In this document: positions 1 through 10,824 of the stretch, in pieces
How positions within the stretch are numbered: position 1 is the stretch's first letter
Layout of the letters: every line of letters begins with the position of its first letter
Origin: Synechococcus sp.
GTDB taxonomy: Bacteria; Cyanobacteriota; Cyanobacteriia; PCC-6307; Cyanobiaceae
Length of the DNA: 64,000 nt
NCBI GenBank assembly: GCA_047284725.1
Contig: JBJBEO010000001.1
Location: 128,001-192,000 of the forward strand
Reading direction: 5' to 3'
Made by a program: the position numbers and the translations under genes
The notes under the pieces: model-generated
What the model was told of the DNA's origin: nothing
Database searches by the model: none
The model's input: the letters and a program-made list of their open reading frames with translations, nothing else

Positions 1-144
1 GGGCAGGGCGATGCGAATGGTGAAGCCTTTGGCCTCCAAGGCCTGGGCCAGTGGTTGCAGGTCGGCTGGCAGTCGGTTGGATGGCTGCGCGCTCAGGGCT
101 GCTGACGACAGCAGCGTGGCCGTTGTGATCAGGGCTGCGTTCAT
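1..144 (-). CDS. hypothetical protein, 5' part only (runs off the window start)
   Basis: ATG at 144 overlaps the upstream stop (ATGA); the frame MNAALITTATLLSSAALSAQPSNRLPADLQPLAQALEAKGF... stays open to the window edge and looks like a signal peptide. Confidence 0.55.
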   Translation of the reverse strand, partial: MNAALITTATLLSSAALSAQPSNRLPADLQPLAQALEAKGFTIRIALP

Positions 145-587
145 CGAAGACCTCGCCGAAGCCAATGCCAGCTGAGCCATCCTCCAACGGTTGCGCAGAC
201 GAGCCCCACCACGGTGGAGCCCAGCAGGATCCGGCTGGTGAAGTCCCAGCCCTGATGCCAGAGGGTGGATGGCGTGAGGTTCAGGTCTGCTGAGGCGGTT
301 CCGCCTCGGAGCAGGACATCACCAACGCGGTAGTTGAACCAGTAGAGGGGCACGTAGGTGAGCGGATTGCTGATCCAGGTGCCAGCGGCGGCCAGCAGGT
401 GATTGCCACGCACCACGCTGGCCAGGGCGATCCCCAGCACGGTCTGAAGCCCGAAGAACGGGAAACAGCCGCAGAAGATGCCAGCGGCCAGTCCCCGAGC
501 CCGCTCCCCAGGGGTGCCCTCCTGTTGCCAGACCCAGCGAATCCAGCGGCGACAGCGTTGGTTGAGTCGTCGCAGCCACCGGCGCAT
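141..587 (-). CDS. DUF2062 family membrane protein
   Basis: GTPGERARGLAAGIFCGCFPFFGLQT...GTWISNPLTYVPLY pattern; start at MRRWLRRL. Confidence 0.8.
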   Translation of the reverse strand: MRRWLRRLNQRCRRWIRWVWQQEGTPGERARGLAAGIFCGCFPFFGLQTVLGIALASVVRGNHLLAAAGTWISNPLTYVPLYWFNYRVGDVLLRGGTASADLNLTPSTLWHQGWDFTSRILLGSTVVGLVCATVGGWLSWHWLRRGLR

Positions 588-696
588 GGGGAGCAGGCCG
601 CCCAGGGGGCGATGGAACAACGCTGGGGATCGTAGGAAGGGGGTGTTGACGTCCATGCCCCCCTGGACGGTGGCCGCCGATGCCGCTGCGTTTCTG

Positions 697-2079
697 ATGC
701 CTGCCCTCGACAGCGTCGACCCTCGTGCCTGCGACACGATTGCGGCCGTCGCCACAGCGGTGGCGCCAGGTCAGGGGGGAATTGCGGTGATTCGCCTCTC
801 GGGCCCCCAGGCTCAGCAGGCGGTGCAGGCGATCGTGCAGTGTCCTGGTTCCCAGGAGTGGGCCAGTCATCGGGTGCTCTACGGCCATGTGCTGGCCGCC
901 GATGGCATGGAGCGACTGGATGAAGTGCTGGTGCTGGTGATGCAGGCGCCGCGCAGTTTCACCGCTGAGGATGTGGTGGAGATTCACTGTCATGGCGGCG
1001 TGATCGCCGTGCAGAGGGTGCTGGCCAGGGTGCTGGAGCAGCCAGGCGTGCGCCGGGCACTGCCGGGGGAGTTCAGCCAGCGCGCGGTGCTGAACGGCCG
1101 CCTTGATCTCACCAGGGCCGAAGCGATCACCGACCTGGTGGCGGCCCGCAGTCAGCGGGCGGCACAGCTGGCGATGGCAGGCCTCGACGGCGGTATCCAG
1201 CGCCGGATCGGTGCCCTGCGCGAACGGCTGCTGGATCAGCTCAGCGAGCTGGAGGCCCGGGTGGATTTCGAGGAGGATCTGCCACCCCTCGATGGTGCGG
1301 CCCTGCTGGCGGAGCTTCAGGCCGTGCGCGCGGATCTGCTCGACCTGGTCGTTGATGGGGAGCGAGGTGCAGCCTTGCGCAGCGGCCTGCGTGTGGCTCT
1401 GGTGGGACGCCCGAATGTGGGGAAGAGCTCGCTGCTGAACCGGCTCAGTCGCCGGGAGCGGGCGATCGTGACCGATCTGCCCGGCACCACCCGTGATCTG
1501 CTCGAAAGCGAGATCGTGCTGGAGGGTGTTCCCATCACCCTTCTGGATACCGCAGGCATCCGCAGAACCTCCGATGCGGTGGAGCAGCTGGGGATCGCCC
1601 GCAGCCATGACGCCCTGGCCAGCGCCGATCTGGTGCTGCTCCTCTTTGATCTGACGGTGGGCTGGACGCCGGCGGATCAGACGCTGCTGGAGGCCATCCC
1701 GCCGGCGGTGCCCCATCTGAGGGTGGGCAACAAAGCCGATCTGGCGGTGGTGGCCGGAGATGGACCTGAGGCGGATGTGCGTCTCAGCGCCCACACCGGC
1801 GACGGTGAGGCCGCACTGGTGCGGGCGCTGCTCGAGCATTGCGGTGCGTTGAGTGAGCAGCCTCTGCTGCTGGCACTCAATCAACGCCAGGCGGATCTGG
1901 CGGCCACGGCAGCGGCGGCTCTGCAGCGCAGCGACGCGGTGGCCGCGCAGGGACTGCCCTGGGACTTCTGGACGATCGATCTGCGTGAGGCGATTCAGTG
2001 CCTCGGGTCGATCACGGGTGAAGAGCTGACCGAGTCGGTGCTCGACCGCATCTTCTCCCGCTTCTGCATCGGCAAATGA
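697..2079 (+). CDS. mnmE: tRNA modification GTPase MnmE
   Basis: DTIAAVATA...GGIAVIRLSG, P-loop GRPNVGKSS, DTAG, NKAD, C-terminal FSRFCIGK. Confidence 0.97.
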   Translation: MPALDSVDPRACDTIAAVATAVAPGQGGIAVIRLSGPQAQQAVQAIVQCPGSQEWASHRVLYGHVLAADGMERLDEVLVLVMQAPRSFTAEDVVEIHCHGGVIAVQRVLARVLEQPGVRRALPGEFSQRAVLNGRLDLTRAEAITDLVAARSQRAAQLAMAGLDGGIQRRIGALRERLLDQLSELEARVDFEEDLPPLDGAALLAELQAVRADLLDLVVDGERGAALRSGLRVALVGRPNVGKSSLLNRLSRRERAIVTDLPGTTRDLLESEIVLEGVPITLLDTAGIRRTSDAVEQLGIARSHDALASADLVLLLFDLTVGWTPADQTLLEAIPPAVPHLRVGNKADLAVVAGDGPEADVRLSAHTGDGEAALVRALLEHCGALSEQPLLLALNQRQADLAATAAAALQRSDAVAAQGLPWDFWTIDLREAIQCLGSITGEELTESVLDRIFSRFCIGK

Positions 2080-2097
2080 GTCCAGCGGGGCAGGGGG

Positions 2098-2631
2098 TCA
2101 GGGCAGCAGACCTGCGGCCTCCAGTTCGTCTTCGAAACCGAAGGCCGTGGGCGCATGCAGGCGATCAGGGAAGAGCACGCCGTCGAGGTGATCACACTCG
2201 TGTTGCAGCACCCGGGCTTCGAAGCCGCTGCAAGTCTCGTCGTGGCTGCGGCCCCGTGGATCGCGCCATTGCAGCCGGATGGAGGCCCAGCGCGCCACCT
2301 CGCCCCGCAGCCCCGGCACGCTCAGGCAACCTTCCCAGCCGCGGATGGTCGCCTCGCTCAGGGGCGTGATCCGTGGGTTGATCAAGACCCGTTCAGGCAC
2401 GGGTGGGGCTTCCGGATAGCGGGGATTGTGCGCCATGCCGATCACAACCACCCGCCAGGGCTCATCGATCTGCGGGGCGGCCAGCCCTGCCCCGGAACGG
2501 GCGGCCTTGGTGTCGATCAGGTCGTTGATCAGGACCTGGAGGCGTCCGGAGCCGAACCAGCTGTCCGGCACGGCAGACGCTCGCTGGCGCAGGGCTGGAT
2601 CCCCAAGGCGAAGGACAGGCCGGATACTCAT
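2098..2631 (-). CDS. def: peptide deformylase
   Basis: three PDF motifs: GLAAPQI, EGCLS, QHECDHLDG. Confidence 0.95.
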   Translation of the reverse strand: MSIRPVLRLGDPALRQRASAVPDSWFGSGRLQVLINDLIDTKAARSGAGLAAPQIDEPWRVVVIGMAHNPRYPEAPPVPERVLINPRITPLSEATIRGWEGCLSVPGLRGEVARWASIRLQWRDPRGRSHDETCSGFEARVLQHECDHLDGVLFPDRLHAPTAFGFEDELEAAGLLP

Positions 2632-4220
2632 GGTGATTCATTGTGGCGAGGCAGCACCTGGGCCAGCAGGATCAGCAGGGTGATCAGGGCGTAGGTGAGC
2701 GCCCAGGGCTGCCCCGTGCCCCAGCCCAGATTGAGCACGGTGTCGGCGCTGGAAAACCGCCAGGCGTGCAGCACACCGAACCAGGCCAGCACCGCGGCGG
2801 ACCCGCTGCAGGCCGCCGCTGCCAGAAAGCGGCCTTCGATGGCGAACACCAGCAGCGCCGCCAGCAGCATCGCTGTGATGATCTGCCCCTGTTCGAGGGC
2901 AAAGGCGCCGGCGGCCCAGACATCCCCCGCCGCCAGCTGGCTCACAAGGGCGTCGCTGAAGGGCCTCGCCTCGGTGCCGAGGCCGCCCGCGCGTAGCCCC
3001 GCCTTCAGCAGCTGGGCGCCCCAGCCGGCCAGGCCGGGGAGAAGGCCCAGCACCACCGCCGGGGCATGGCGGGCAGGGGTGGCCTGGAAGGCCTGGGCGG
3101 TCATGGCGATACCGATGTACAGCACGATCGCCATGCCGGCATCGATCGGTATCAGCAGCGCCACCATCCCGAAGAGTCCCAGGAAGCAGCCGCAGGCCAT
3201 CACCACACCGTTGAGCCAGGAGTAGCCCGAGCGGGCGCCGAGATCCTTGAACCCCGAGTGGCCGATGTAGATGGTGGTGGGGAAGCAGGACCCCAGGACC
3301 GCGGCACTCAGGGTGCCGATCCCGTCGATCAGCAGGCAGCTGCGGGTGGCGTAGCGATCACCGGCGGCCTCGGCGCTGTCGAGGTTCTGCAGCGAGCCGA
3401 TCACGTTGAACAGCCCCATTGGCACGATCACCCCCAGCCAGGGCAGGAGCTCGCCGCGGCTCTCCCAGAGGCCGCCCAGCTGCAACGTGGGTGCATGCAG
3501 GCCGGCGGTGCTGAGGCTGCTCTGCCAGGCCGCCGCATCGGCACTGATCAAGCCGCTGCTCCATGCCAGCACCATGCCTACCAGCACCGCCATCAGGCCC
3601 GTCGGTAGGGGCCATTGCACCCGGGCGTAGGTGCCGAGCAGGATCACGGCCAGGCTGGTGAGTCCCACCAGGGGATGGGCGTAGCTGCGCAGCAGGAATC
3701 CGAGGGCGATGTAGCCGAGGGCGATGCCCGCGAGGGTGGAGAGCAGGGCGGCACGGGGCAGCCAGCGCCGCAGGCGATCGGCGCAGAAGGCCCCGGCCGT
3801 TTCAAGCAGCCCCGAGCCCATGCAGGCCACCATGCCGGAATGCCACGACCGGGTCACGGCTTCGGCTTCGTCCAGGCCGGCGTTGAGGGCGGCCAGCTTC
3901 ACCGGCAGCATCACCAGAAACACGTAGGCGAACAGGCTCACGGTGTTGATGCCGTAGGGCAGGGCCGTGCAGTCGTCGCGCTGCTCCCGCACCGCCAGGC
4001 GCCGTGCCAGGCGGCTGTAGGCGAGGTTGCCCACCAGCAGGCTGACGCCGGCGGCGGGCAGGATCGTTCCGAACAGCAGGGCATCGGGATAGCCCAGGAC
4101 CCCACGGCAGAGGCTGATGATCAGCAGGATCTGAATCAGGTTGTTCAACCCCAGGGCGAGAAAGCCATCCAGGTCGCCGGGCCGCCACGGGCCCAGGACG
4201 CGTTGTAGAGAGGCAGGCAT
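2628..4220 (-). CDS. NCS2/AzgA-like (xanthine/uracil/vitamin C) permease
   Basis: many TM segments; GDLDGFLALGLNNL, TALPYGINTVS and GSCFPTTIYIGH motifs. Confidence 0.75.
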   Translation of the reverse strand: MPASLQRVLGPWRPGDLDGFLALGLNNLIQILLIISLCRGVLGYPDALLFGTILPAAGVSLLVGNLAYSRLARRLAVREQRDDCTALPYGINTVSLFAYVFLVMLPVKLAALNAGLDEAEAVTRSWHSGMVACMGSGLLETAGAFCADRLRRWLPRAALLSTLAGIALGYIALGFLLRSYAHPLVGLTSLAVILLGTYARVQWPLPTGLMAVLVGMVLAWSSGLISADAAAWQSSLSTAGLHAPTLQLGGLWESRGELLPWLGVIVPMGLFNVIGSLQNLDSAEAAGDRYATRSCLLIDGIGTLSAAVLGSCFPTTIYIGHSGFKDLGARSGYSWLNGVVMACGCFLGLFGMVALLIPIDAGMAIVLYIGIAMTAQAFQATPARHAPAVVLGLLPGLAGWGAQLLKAGLRAGGLGTEARPFSDALVSQLAAGDVWAAGAFALEQGQIITAMLLAALLVFAIEGRFLAAAACSGSAAVLAWFGVLHAWRFSSADTVLNLGWGTGQPWALTYALITLLILLAQVLPRHNESP

Positions 4221-4244
4221 CGGCGGCGCTTGCGACACCTCAGC

Positions 4245-5162
4245 ATGGACGGCACGGCAGCACCCCTCCAGGGGGTTCCATCCCAACTGACCTTCACCCC
4301 CCGGTTGCGCCGGCAGCTGGCGGATTGGCTGCAGGAGGATCTCGGCCGCGGGGATCTCAGTGCGGCGGCGCTGCAGGGCCGCCGGGGGGAGGCGCACTGG
4401 ATCGCCAAGGCCGCGGGGGTGTTCTGCGGTGGGCTGCTGCTGGAGCCGCTGCTGCGGGAGCTGGAGCCGCAGACGGAGGCCTGGCAGTTGCGTCGGCTGG
4501 TGGCCGATGGCGCGGCGGTCACCCCCGGCGATCGCCTGCTGGAGCTGGAGGGGCCCGCTGGCCTGCTGGTGGCCCTGGAGCGCACCGCGCTCAACCTGGC
4601 GATGCGGCTGTCGGGCATCGCCACAGCCACCGCTGCCCTGGTGGCGGAGCTGGAGGGCACGGGGGTGGCCCTGGCGGACACCCGCAAAACCACGCCGGGG
4701 CTGCGGGAGCTGGAGAAATACGCCGTGCGCTGCGGTGGCGGGGTGAACCACCGCCTCGGGCTGGATGACGCCGCCATGCTCAAGGAGAACCACCTGGCCT
4801 GGGCCGGTGGAGTGGACGCGGCGATCACGGCGGTGCGGGCCGCCTCCCCCTGGCCGGCGCGGGTGATCGTGGAGGCTGAAACCGAGGCGGAAGCGGCAGC
4901 TGCGGTGGCCGCCGGCGCCGATGGGGTGCTTTTGGATGAGTTCAGCCCGGAGGCGCTGAGGGATCTGGTGCCCCGGCTGCGGCAGCTGGCGCAGGAGCGA
5001 CCGGGAGCTGGGCCGGTGGTGATCGAAGCGTCAGGACTTCAGCCCACACAGTTGCGGGCCTATGCCGCCACCGGCATCGATCTGATCTCCACCAGTGCAC
5101 CGGTCACCCGCAGCCGCTGGCTGGATCTGAGCATGCGCTTCTGCTCCTCTGGCCTGGTCTGA
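4245..5162 (+). CDS. nadC: nicotinate-nucleotide pyrophosphorylase (carboxylating)
   Basis: EDLGRGDLS, DTRKTTPGLR, NHRLGLDDAAMLKENH. Confidence 0.96.
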   Translation: MDGTAAPLQGVPSQLTFTPRLRRQLADWLQEDLGRGDLSAAALQGRRGEAHWIAKAAGVFCGGLLLEPLLRELEPQTEAWQLRRLVADGAAVTPGDRLLELEGPAGLLVALERTALNLAMRLSGIATATAALVAELEGTGVALADTRKTTPGLRELEKYAVRCGGGVNHRLGLDDAAMLKENHLAWAGGVDAAITAVRAASPWPARVIVEAETEAEAAAAVAAGADGVLLDEFSPEALRDLVPRLRQLAQERPGAGPVVIEASGLQPTQLRAYAATGIDLISTSAPVTRSRWLDLSMRFCSSGLV

Positions 5163-5224
5163 GTCCGGCCGTCAGACCCTGGCGGGGGATGATCGTGAGC
5201 TGACTTCGTTCATCGCTGCTGTCC

Positions 5225-7015
5225 ATGCTGCGCATCGCCACCGCTTTAGACACCCAGTTGCGCGGTGCGATGCAACGGGCCTTCCCCGAGGCCTGGGAGG
5301 CCGCAGCGGGGGCCGGGCTCGATCCGCAGCTGGCACCGGCGAGCAAGCCTGAATTCGGCGACTTCCAGGCCAATGGGGCCCTGCCCCTGGCCAAGCCCCT
5401 GAAGCAGGCGCCCCGCCAGATCGCCAACGCGATCGTGGAGCAGCTGCAGGCCGATCCCGCCTTCACCGACCTCTGCCTGGCGCCCCAGATCGCCGGGCCG
5501 GGCTTCATCAACCTCACGATCCGCCCGGAGCGGTTGGCGGCAGAGGTGACCGCGCGGCTCGGGGATGACCGCCTCGGGGTGCCGGCCGTGGAGAACCCGG
5601 CTCCGGTGGTGGTGGACTTCTCCAGCCCCAACATCGCCAAGGAGATGCATGTGGGGCATCTGCGCTCCACGATCATCGGCGACTCCCTGGCGCGGGTGCT
5701 TGAGTTTCGCGGCCACCCGGTGCTGCGTCTCAACCATGTGGGCGACTGGGGCACCCAGTTCGGCATGCTGATCACCCACCTCAAGCAGGTGGCCCCCGAG
5801 GCGCTCGAGACCGCCGATGCGGTGGACCTCGGCGATCTGGTGGCCTTTTACCGGCAGGCGAAGAAACGCTTCGATGACGACGAGGCGTTTCAGACCACCT
5901 CCCGCGAGGAGGTGGTGAAGCTCCAGGGGGGTGACCCCCTTTCACTGAAGGCCTGGGGCCTGCTTTGCGACCAGTCGCGACGTGAATTCCAGAAGATCTA
6001 CGATCGCCTCGACATCCGCCTGAGCGAGCGGGGCGAGTCGTTTTACAACCCGTTCCTGCCGGCGGTGATTGAGGGGCTCAAGGCCGTCGATCTGCTGGTC
6101 ACCGACGACGGGGCCGAATGCGTGTTCCTGGAGGGCGTCAGCGGCAAGGACGGCAAGCCGCTGCCGGTGATCGTGCAGAAGAGCGACGGCGGCTTCAACT
6201 ACGCCACCACCGACCTGGCGGCGATCCGCTATCGCTTTGCGGCAGCGCCGGAGGGGGATGGGGCCCGGCGGGTGATTTACGTCACCGACGCCGGCCAGGC
6301 GAACCACTTTGCTGGCGTGTTCCAGGTGGCGGAGCGGGCCGGTTGGATCCCCGATGGTTCCAGGCTGCAGCATGTGCCCTTCGGGTTGGTGCAGGGAGAA
6401 GACGGCAAGAAGCTCAAGACCCGGGCCGGCGACACGGTGCGGTTGCGGGATTTGTTGGATGAGGCGGTGGAACGGGCTGAGGCCGATCTGCGCTCTCGCC
6501 TCAAGGAGGAAGATCGCAGTGAGCCGGAGGCGTTCATCCACCATGTGGCTTCCACGGTGGGCCTGGCGGCGGTGAAGTACGCCGACCTGAGCCAGAACCG
6601 GATCACGAATTACCAGTTCTCGTTTGACCGGATGCTGGCGCTGCAGGGCAACACGGCGCCCTATCTGCTGTATGCGGTGGTGCGTATCGCTGGAATTGCG
6701 CGCAAGGGCGGTGACCTTGATGCGGCCGCAACGGCGCAGTTGCAGTTCAGTGAGCCGCAGGAATGGGCCTTGGTGCGGGAACTGCTGAAGTTCGATGCGG
6801 TGATTGCTGAGGTGGAGGAGGAGTTGCTCCCCAATCGCCTCTGCAGCTACCTGTTTGAGCTCAGCCAGGTGTTCAACCGCTTCTACGACCAGGTGCCAGT
6901 GCTTAAGGCTGAGGCTGAGGCGTTGTCTTCACGCTTGGCGCTCTGCCGGCTGACGGCCGACACACTCAAGGCCGGCCTGGGGCTGCTGGGGATTGCCACC
7001 CTCGAGCGGATGTGA
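5225..7015 (+). CDS. argS: arginine--tRNA ligase
   Basis: [25 protein letters not shown] (HIGH-like), [11 protein letters not shown]-terminal ERM. Confidence 0.98.
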   Translation: MLRIATALDTQLRGAMQRAFPEAWEAAAGAGLDPQLAPASKPEFGDFQANGALPLAKPLKQAPRQIANAIVEQLQADPAFTDLCLAPQIAGPGFINLTIRPERLAAEVTARLGDDRLGVPAVENPAPVVVDFSSPNIAKEMHVGHLRSTIIGDSLARVLEFRGHPVLRLNHVGDWGTQFGMLITHLKQVAPEALETADAVDLGDLVAFYRQAKKRFDDDEAFQTTSREEVVKLQGGDPLSLKAWGLLCDQSRREFQKIYDRLDIRLSERGESFYNPFLPAVIEGLKAVDLLVTDDGAECVFLEGVSGKDGKPLPVIVQKSDGGFNYATTDLAAIRYRFAAAPEGDGARRVIYVTDAGQANHFAGVFQVAERAGWIPDGSRLQHVPFGLVQGEDGKKLKTRAGDTVRLRDLLDEAVERAEADLRSRLKEEDRSEPEAFIHHVASTVGLAAVKYADLSQNRITNYQFSFDRMLALQGNTAPYLLYAVVRIAGIARKGGDLDAAATAQLQFSEPQEWALVRELLKFDAVIAEVEEELLPNRLCSYLFELSQVFNRFYDQVPVLKAEAEALSSRLALCRLTADTLKAGLGLLGIATLERM

Positions 7016-7063
7016 TGAAGCAACCCTCAGCCTCCGGTCAGTGCTGCTTTGCTTCATCACATC
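7009..7063. repeat. perfect 15-bp inverted repeat overlapping the argS stop (possible terminator or junction hairpin)
   Basis: GATGTGATGAAGCAA (7009-7023) and TTGCTTCATCACATC (7049-7063), separated by 25 nt. Confidence 0.85.
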
Positions 7064-7348
7064 AGTCTTGATTCATCGCCTCTCAGGGTTTTGGGATTGT
7101 TGGGCCCAAAGCGTGAAAAGCCGGTGATCGCTGCCTGAGATGTCGATGAAAGAGCCAGGTCTATGGATTGTTATGACTAAGATCACTAAGAACTAAAGGA
7201 ATTATTGGTAGCCAAGTTTTCACTTGCAAAAATCTCCATTCTGTTGTCAGCGATGCGTTGATTGAGTAATGTAAAAAGTCAAGCATTATTGAAATAGGCT
7301 TCAGTGTTGGCTTGACTGCTCATCCGCAGTGTTAGCGTATTTGTTTGC

Positions 7349-9043
7349 ATGCAGCGTAAGTTCCCCAAGGTCAGCATTGATACGCTCGCTTCGATGGTCG
7401 AGTGCATCAATGATGCGGTCTTGGTGACCAGTGAAACAAGGGAGACTTTGTTTTATAACAACAAGCTTTTTAAGATCTGGGAAGTCGAAGAAAAAGTGAT
7501 TTCTGAATACACTTCAGAGCACAAAGAAATAGGCTGTAAGTACGCTGCCAAGTATCTTAAAAATCCTGACGAATTCGTTGAAACCGTCCACCGTGTTCAG
7601 GGTACCCTTGAAGAAACAAATGATACGATTGAATTTATTGATGGTCGTGTTTTCAAGCGTCGCGGCGTTGGCATCCAAGATGAAACCCATGGCATTTGCC
7701 GAATCTGGTTTTTTACAGATATAACCGAGAAAAAATATATCAACACCGATTCGCTCACGAAGTGCCTGAATCGTGTTGCTTGGGATGAATTCACGAAGAG
7801 CCCGCAGGAGCCACATCGCCCTGGCAGTGGTTATGCGATTGCTGTGATTGACATTAATGATTTTAAGTTGATCAACGATGAATTTGGCCATGAGGCGGGC
7901 GATAAAATCTTGAAAAGAGTTGGCGAGTCGCTTCTTGCGTTGGCGCGAGATCAGGACCTTGTTTTTAGGATCGGCGGCGATGAATTTTGCCTGGTCGTTC
8001 CAACCCAAAAAAATATCAACCAGTTGATTCAGCAGCGGATCGTCTACAGCTTCGTTTCCTCTGGAATCAATGCATCCATTGGCATTGCCATGGCGGCTAA
8101 CCATGGCCATCTTCTAGACGCCTTCCGAGATGCAGATGCAAAGATGCTGCGCACCAAAAAGGATGGACGCGGCAATGCTCAATCACTTCCCTTGCAAAAG
8201 ATTTTTCCAAAAGTCAGGCTGACAAGAACAGACGATGAGCTCGAGTTGTTGTCAGATCTGAACGTAGCGCTGGAGCGGCGAGAGATTCATCAGCTTTATC
8301 AGCCGATTGTCGACGTCCATGGTCGTCTCTCTTCGCTTGAGGTGTTGATGCGATGGAGCAAGAATGGTGAGACCATTCCGCCGGATGTCTTCATACCCAT
8401 TGCTGAAGGTAGTGGGCATATTCATCAGCTATGGAAGCGGAGTTTGGACGATGCTGTTCGTCAATTGGCTTCATGGAAGAAACGAAAACTTTCTCTCCCA
8501 AAACTTCGATTGAATTTTTCTGGCACCCAGGTTGAATACGCAAGGAATTCTGGCCATTCGTACAAGCAGGAAATCGCTTCAATCTGCTATCAATACGGCA
8601 TCTCCCCCTCTCTTCTCAAGGTTGAACTCACTGAAACGGCCTTGCTTCAAGACCTGGATAGGGCCAAGGAACTCTTCGATGATCTTGCCTCCATTGGCGT
8701 GGAGCTGAGTGTTGATGATTTTGGGACCGGTTTTTCGTCCTTGTCGCTGATTAAGATCCTGCCTGTGACCAGCATTAAAATCGACGGCTCATTTATTCAG
8801 GGTCTTCCCCATTCTGCTTCGGATTGTTCCATTGTTTCCACCTTGGTTTCTCTTGCTCAAGGAATGAAGGTGGATGTCGTGGCCGAATGCGTTGAAACTG
8901 CTGATCAATTCGATTACATCAAGGGGCTTGATGGCGACACTTCAGCTCCAGATCAAGCCTGCGAGACCCTGTTTCAGGGCTATCATTTTCACAAGCCAAG
9001 TCGTGCAGATGATCTCGAAGACTTGTTGGCGACGGTCCGCTGA
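7349..9043 (+). CDS. PAS-like/GGDEF/EAL diguanylate cyclase-phosphodiesterase
   Basis: DINDFKLINDEFGHEAGD, RDQD I-site, RIGGDEF; EVLMRW, ELTE, DDFGTGFSS, IKID, FQGY. Confidence 0.92.
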   Translation: MQRKFPKVSIDTLASMVECINDAVLVTSETRETLFYNNKLFKIWEVEEKVISEYTSEHKEIGCKYAAKYLKNPDEFVETVHRVQGTLEETNDTIEFIDGRVFKRRGVGIQDETHGICRIWFFTDITEKKYINTDSLTKCLNRVAWDEFTKSPQEPHRPGSGYAIAVIDINDFKLINDEFGHEAGDKILKRVGESLLALARDQDLVFRIGGDEFCLVVPTQKNINQLIQQRIVYSFVSSGINASIGIAMAANHGHLLDAFRDADAKMLRTKKDGRGNAQSLPLQKIFPKVRLTRTDDELELLSDLNVALERREIHQLYQPIVDVHGRLSSLEVLMRWSKNGETIPPDVFIPIAEGSGHIHQLWKRSLDDAVRQLASWKKRKLSLPKLRLNFSGTQVEYARNSGHSYKQEIASICYQYGISPSLLKVELTETALLQDLDRAKELFDDLASIGVELSVDDFGTGFSSLSLIKILPVTSIKIDGSFIQGLPHSASDCSIVSTLVSLAQGMKVDVVAECVETADQFDYIKGLDGDTSAPDQACETLFQGYHFHKPSRADDLEDLLATVR

Positions 9044-9382
9044 TTGCTGGGATGAGGGCTGATGCTGGAGGTTAAGCAGCTTTGAATTGATTGAGTCAAG
9101 AGATCCCTGATGCCGTGGTCTTGGTGGGTCTGATGATTTCAAAACTTTGGCTTCTAGACTGCTGGAAATGCATCACTAGACGCGATTACTAAAATTCTTG
9201 GACATGAGTTTGGCGAGATCAGGTCATGGGTGTTGATAGCTGGCGGCGATTCTGTGCTTGGTCGGCATGCAAACTTGATTGCAGGGGCTTTGGTATTGGC
9301 TGAATGTTGTTGTCGCTTTCGATGTTGCTCGTATTTTTTTCTTGCCTAGTCTTTGGGTGCTGGATTGACTCTTGGTGCTCAA

Positions 9383-10324
9383 ATGGCTGAACATGCATCT
9401 CAGTCGAATGCATTGAATTGTGCGCTAATTGATGGTGTCTTGTTCTCTGACCTGCCTGAGATTCAGCGACTGGTGGGTCAAGGTGCCGATGTTAATGGCT
9501 TTGACGTGAATGGCTTGTCACCCCTTCACTATGCAGCTCAGCAGAACTTTGGTGAGAAGGCCTCATTTTTGCTTGACCATGGTGCCGACCCAAACTCAGT
9601 CACGACAACAAATGAATTGGGGCTGAATGAGTGTTTAACGCCCTTATTGATTGTATCGAGTTCCAGGTTGATTAATGATAAGTTGCCTATGATGTCTCTT
9701 CTGATGGGTCGTGGCGCAGATCCAAATATCCCTGATGTGGATGGGATGGCATCTCTTGCAAAGTTAATTGTCGGTGGCAGTCCAGTTCATGAGCTGGAGT
9801 TTCTTTATTCGAAAGGCGCTGATTTAAGCGCAGCTGATCTCGATGGAAACTCTGCGCTTGTTTATGCCTATGAATCGGGTGATTTTCGCGCCATTGATTT
9901 TCTGCGTGATCATCACGCTTCTGAAGCTGGAGTGCCTGAGTATGAATTGATTTGTTGTGCTGGTCGTGGTGAGCTTGAGAGCGTTATCTCTGCGCTAGGA
10001 AGGGGGGCTAACCCCAATCATGTTTTCAATCATACGGCTCTCTGTGCTGCTGCAGAAGCGGGTTGTTTCGAAGTGGTTCAATGCCTTCTTGCATCAGGAG
10101 CACATCCTGATCTACGACGTCGTGATCAAGAGTTCACGCCTTTGATTGCCGCGGCTTATAACGGTCACCTTGATGTTGTTAGGTCTCTTTTGCAGCATGG
10201 CGCAGATCCCCAGTGTGAAGTTGAGGATATGGGAACTGCTCTTGACTTTGCTCGCCTAGGTCGACAAGAAGGTTTGAATCCAACTGCACCTTGGAAGGAA
10301 ATGATCACGTGCCTCAAAAGCTAA
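9383..10324 (+). CDS. ankyrin repeat protein
   Basis: repeated GADxN...xPLxxAA units, e.g. GADVNGFDVNGLSPLHYAA and TPLIAAAYNGHLDVVRSLLQHGADP. Confidence 0.92.
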   Translation: MAEHASQSNALNCALIDGVLFSDLPEIQRLVGQGADVNGFDVNGLSPLHYAAQQNFGEKASFLLDHGADPNSVTTTNELGLNECLTPLLIVSSSRLINDKLPMMSLLMGRGADPNIPDVDGMASLAKLIVGGSPVHELEFLYSKGADLSAADLDGNSALVYAYESGDFRAIDFLRDHHASEAGVPEYELICCAGRGELESVISALGRGANPNHVFNHTALCAAAEAGCFEVVQCLLASGAHPDLRRRDQEFTPLIAAAYNGHLDVVRSLLQHGADPQCEVEDMGTALDFARLGRQEGLNPTAPWKEMITCLKS

Positions 10325-10824
10325 GGTGTCACTTAGGACCTCAGAGAGAGCTTGTCTCGCTGGTGTTGATGGTATCGGAGAGTTGGTGAAGGCTTGCGAC
10401 TGCGGGTCAGGCTGAGAATCCCAGGCGTGCTTGTTCAGTGTTCTTTCCAGAAAGAAGTTTTCGAAGATGAGTGCGACGATCCAATTTTTCTCCCAGGTTT
10501 GTTGCATCACTCATTTCGCCAACTACCAAGCCTCTCCGCACTGACAAGCGCTCGGAGAGAACTGCGAATTCGAGTGACTGAAGCTGGCATTGACGTGATT
10601 AAATCATGCTGAGAATTGACTTAAAGGCTGCTGAAAGTCGGTGGTTTTTTGGTTTCTTGGGTTCTCGCTGATTCCTTCTGTACCGTGCGTCGTTTAGGGG
10701 ATTGATCGGATCGTCCTGTTGAATGTGGGTCTCAAAACTTTGTGAATAATGCCGTCAAAGATGGCGGCATTGCTGCAGCGCTTGGCGATGCTTGTTTTGT
10801 TGTGATTCCTTCAAACTGAGTGTC

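Noticed and set aside
7176..7196. ACTAAGA/ACTAAGA/ACTAA short direct repeats upstream of the GGDEF-EAL gene
   Set aside because: Too short and irregularly spaced to distinguish from chance in AT-rich DNA
10325..10824. Short ORFs between the ankyrin gene and mscS (10394-10612, 10256-10510)
   Set aside because: No motifs, non-ATG starts and conflicting strands; no support as genes
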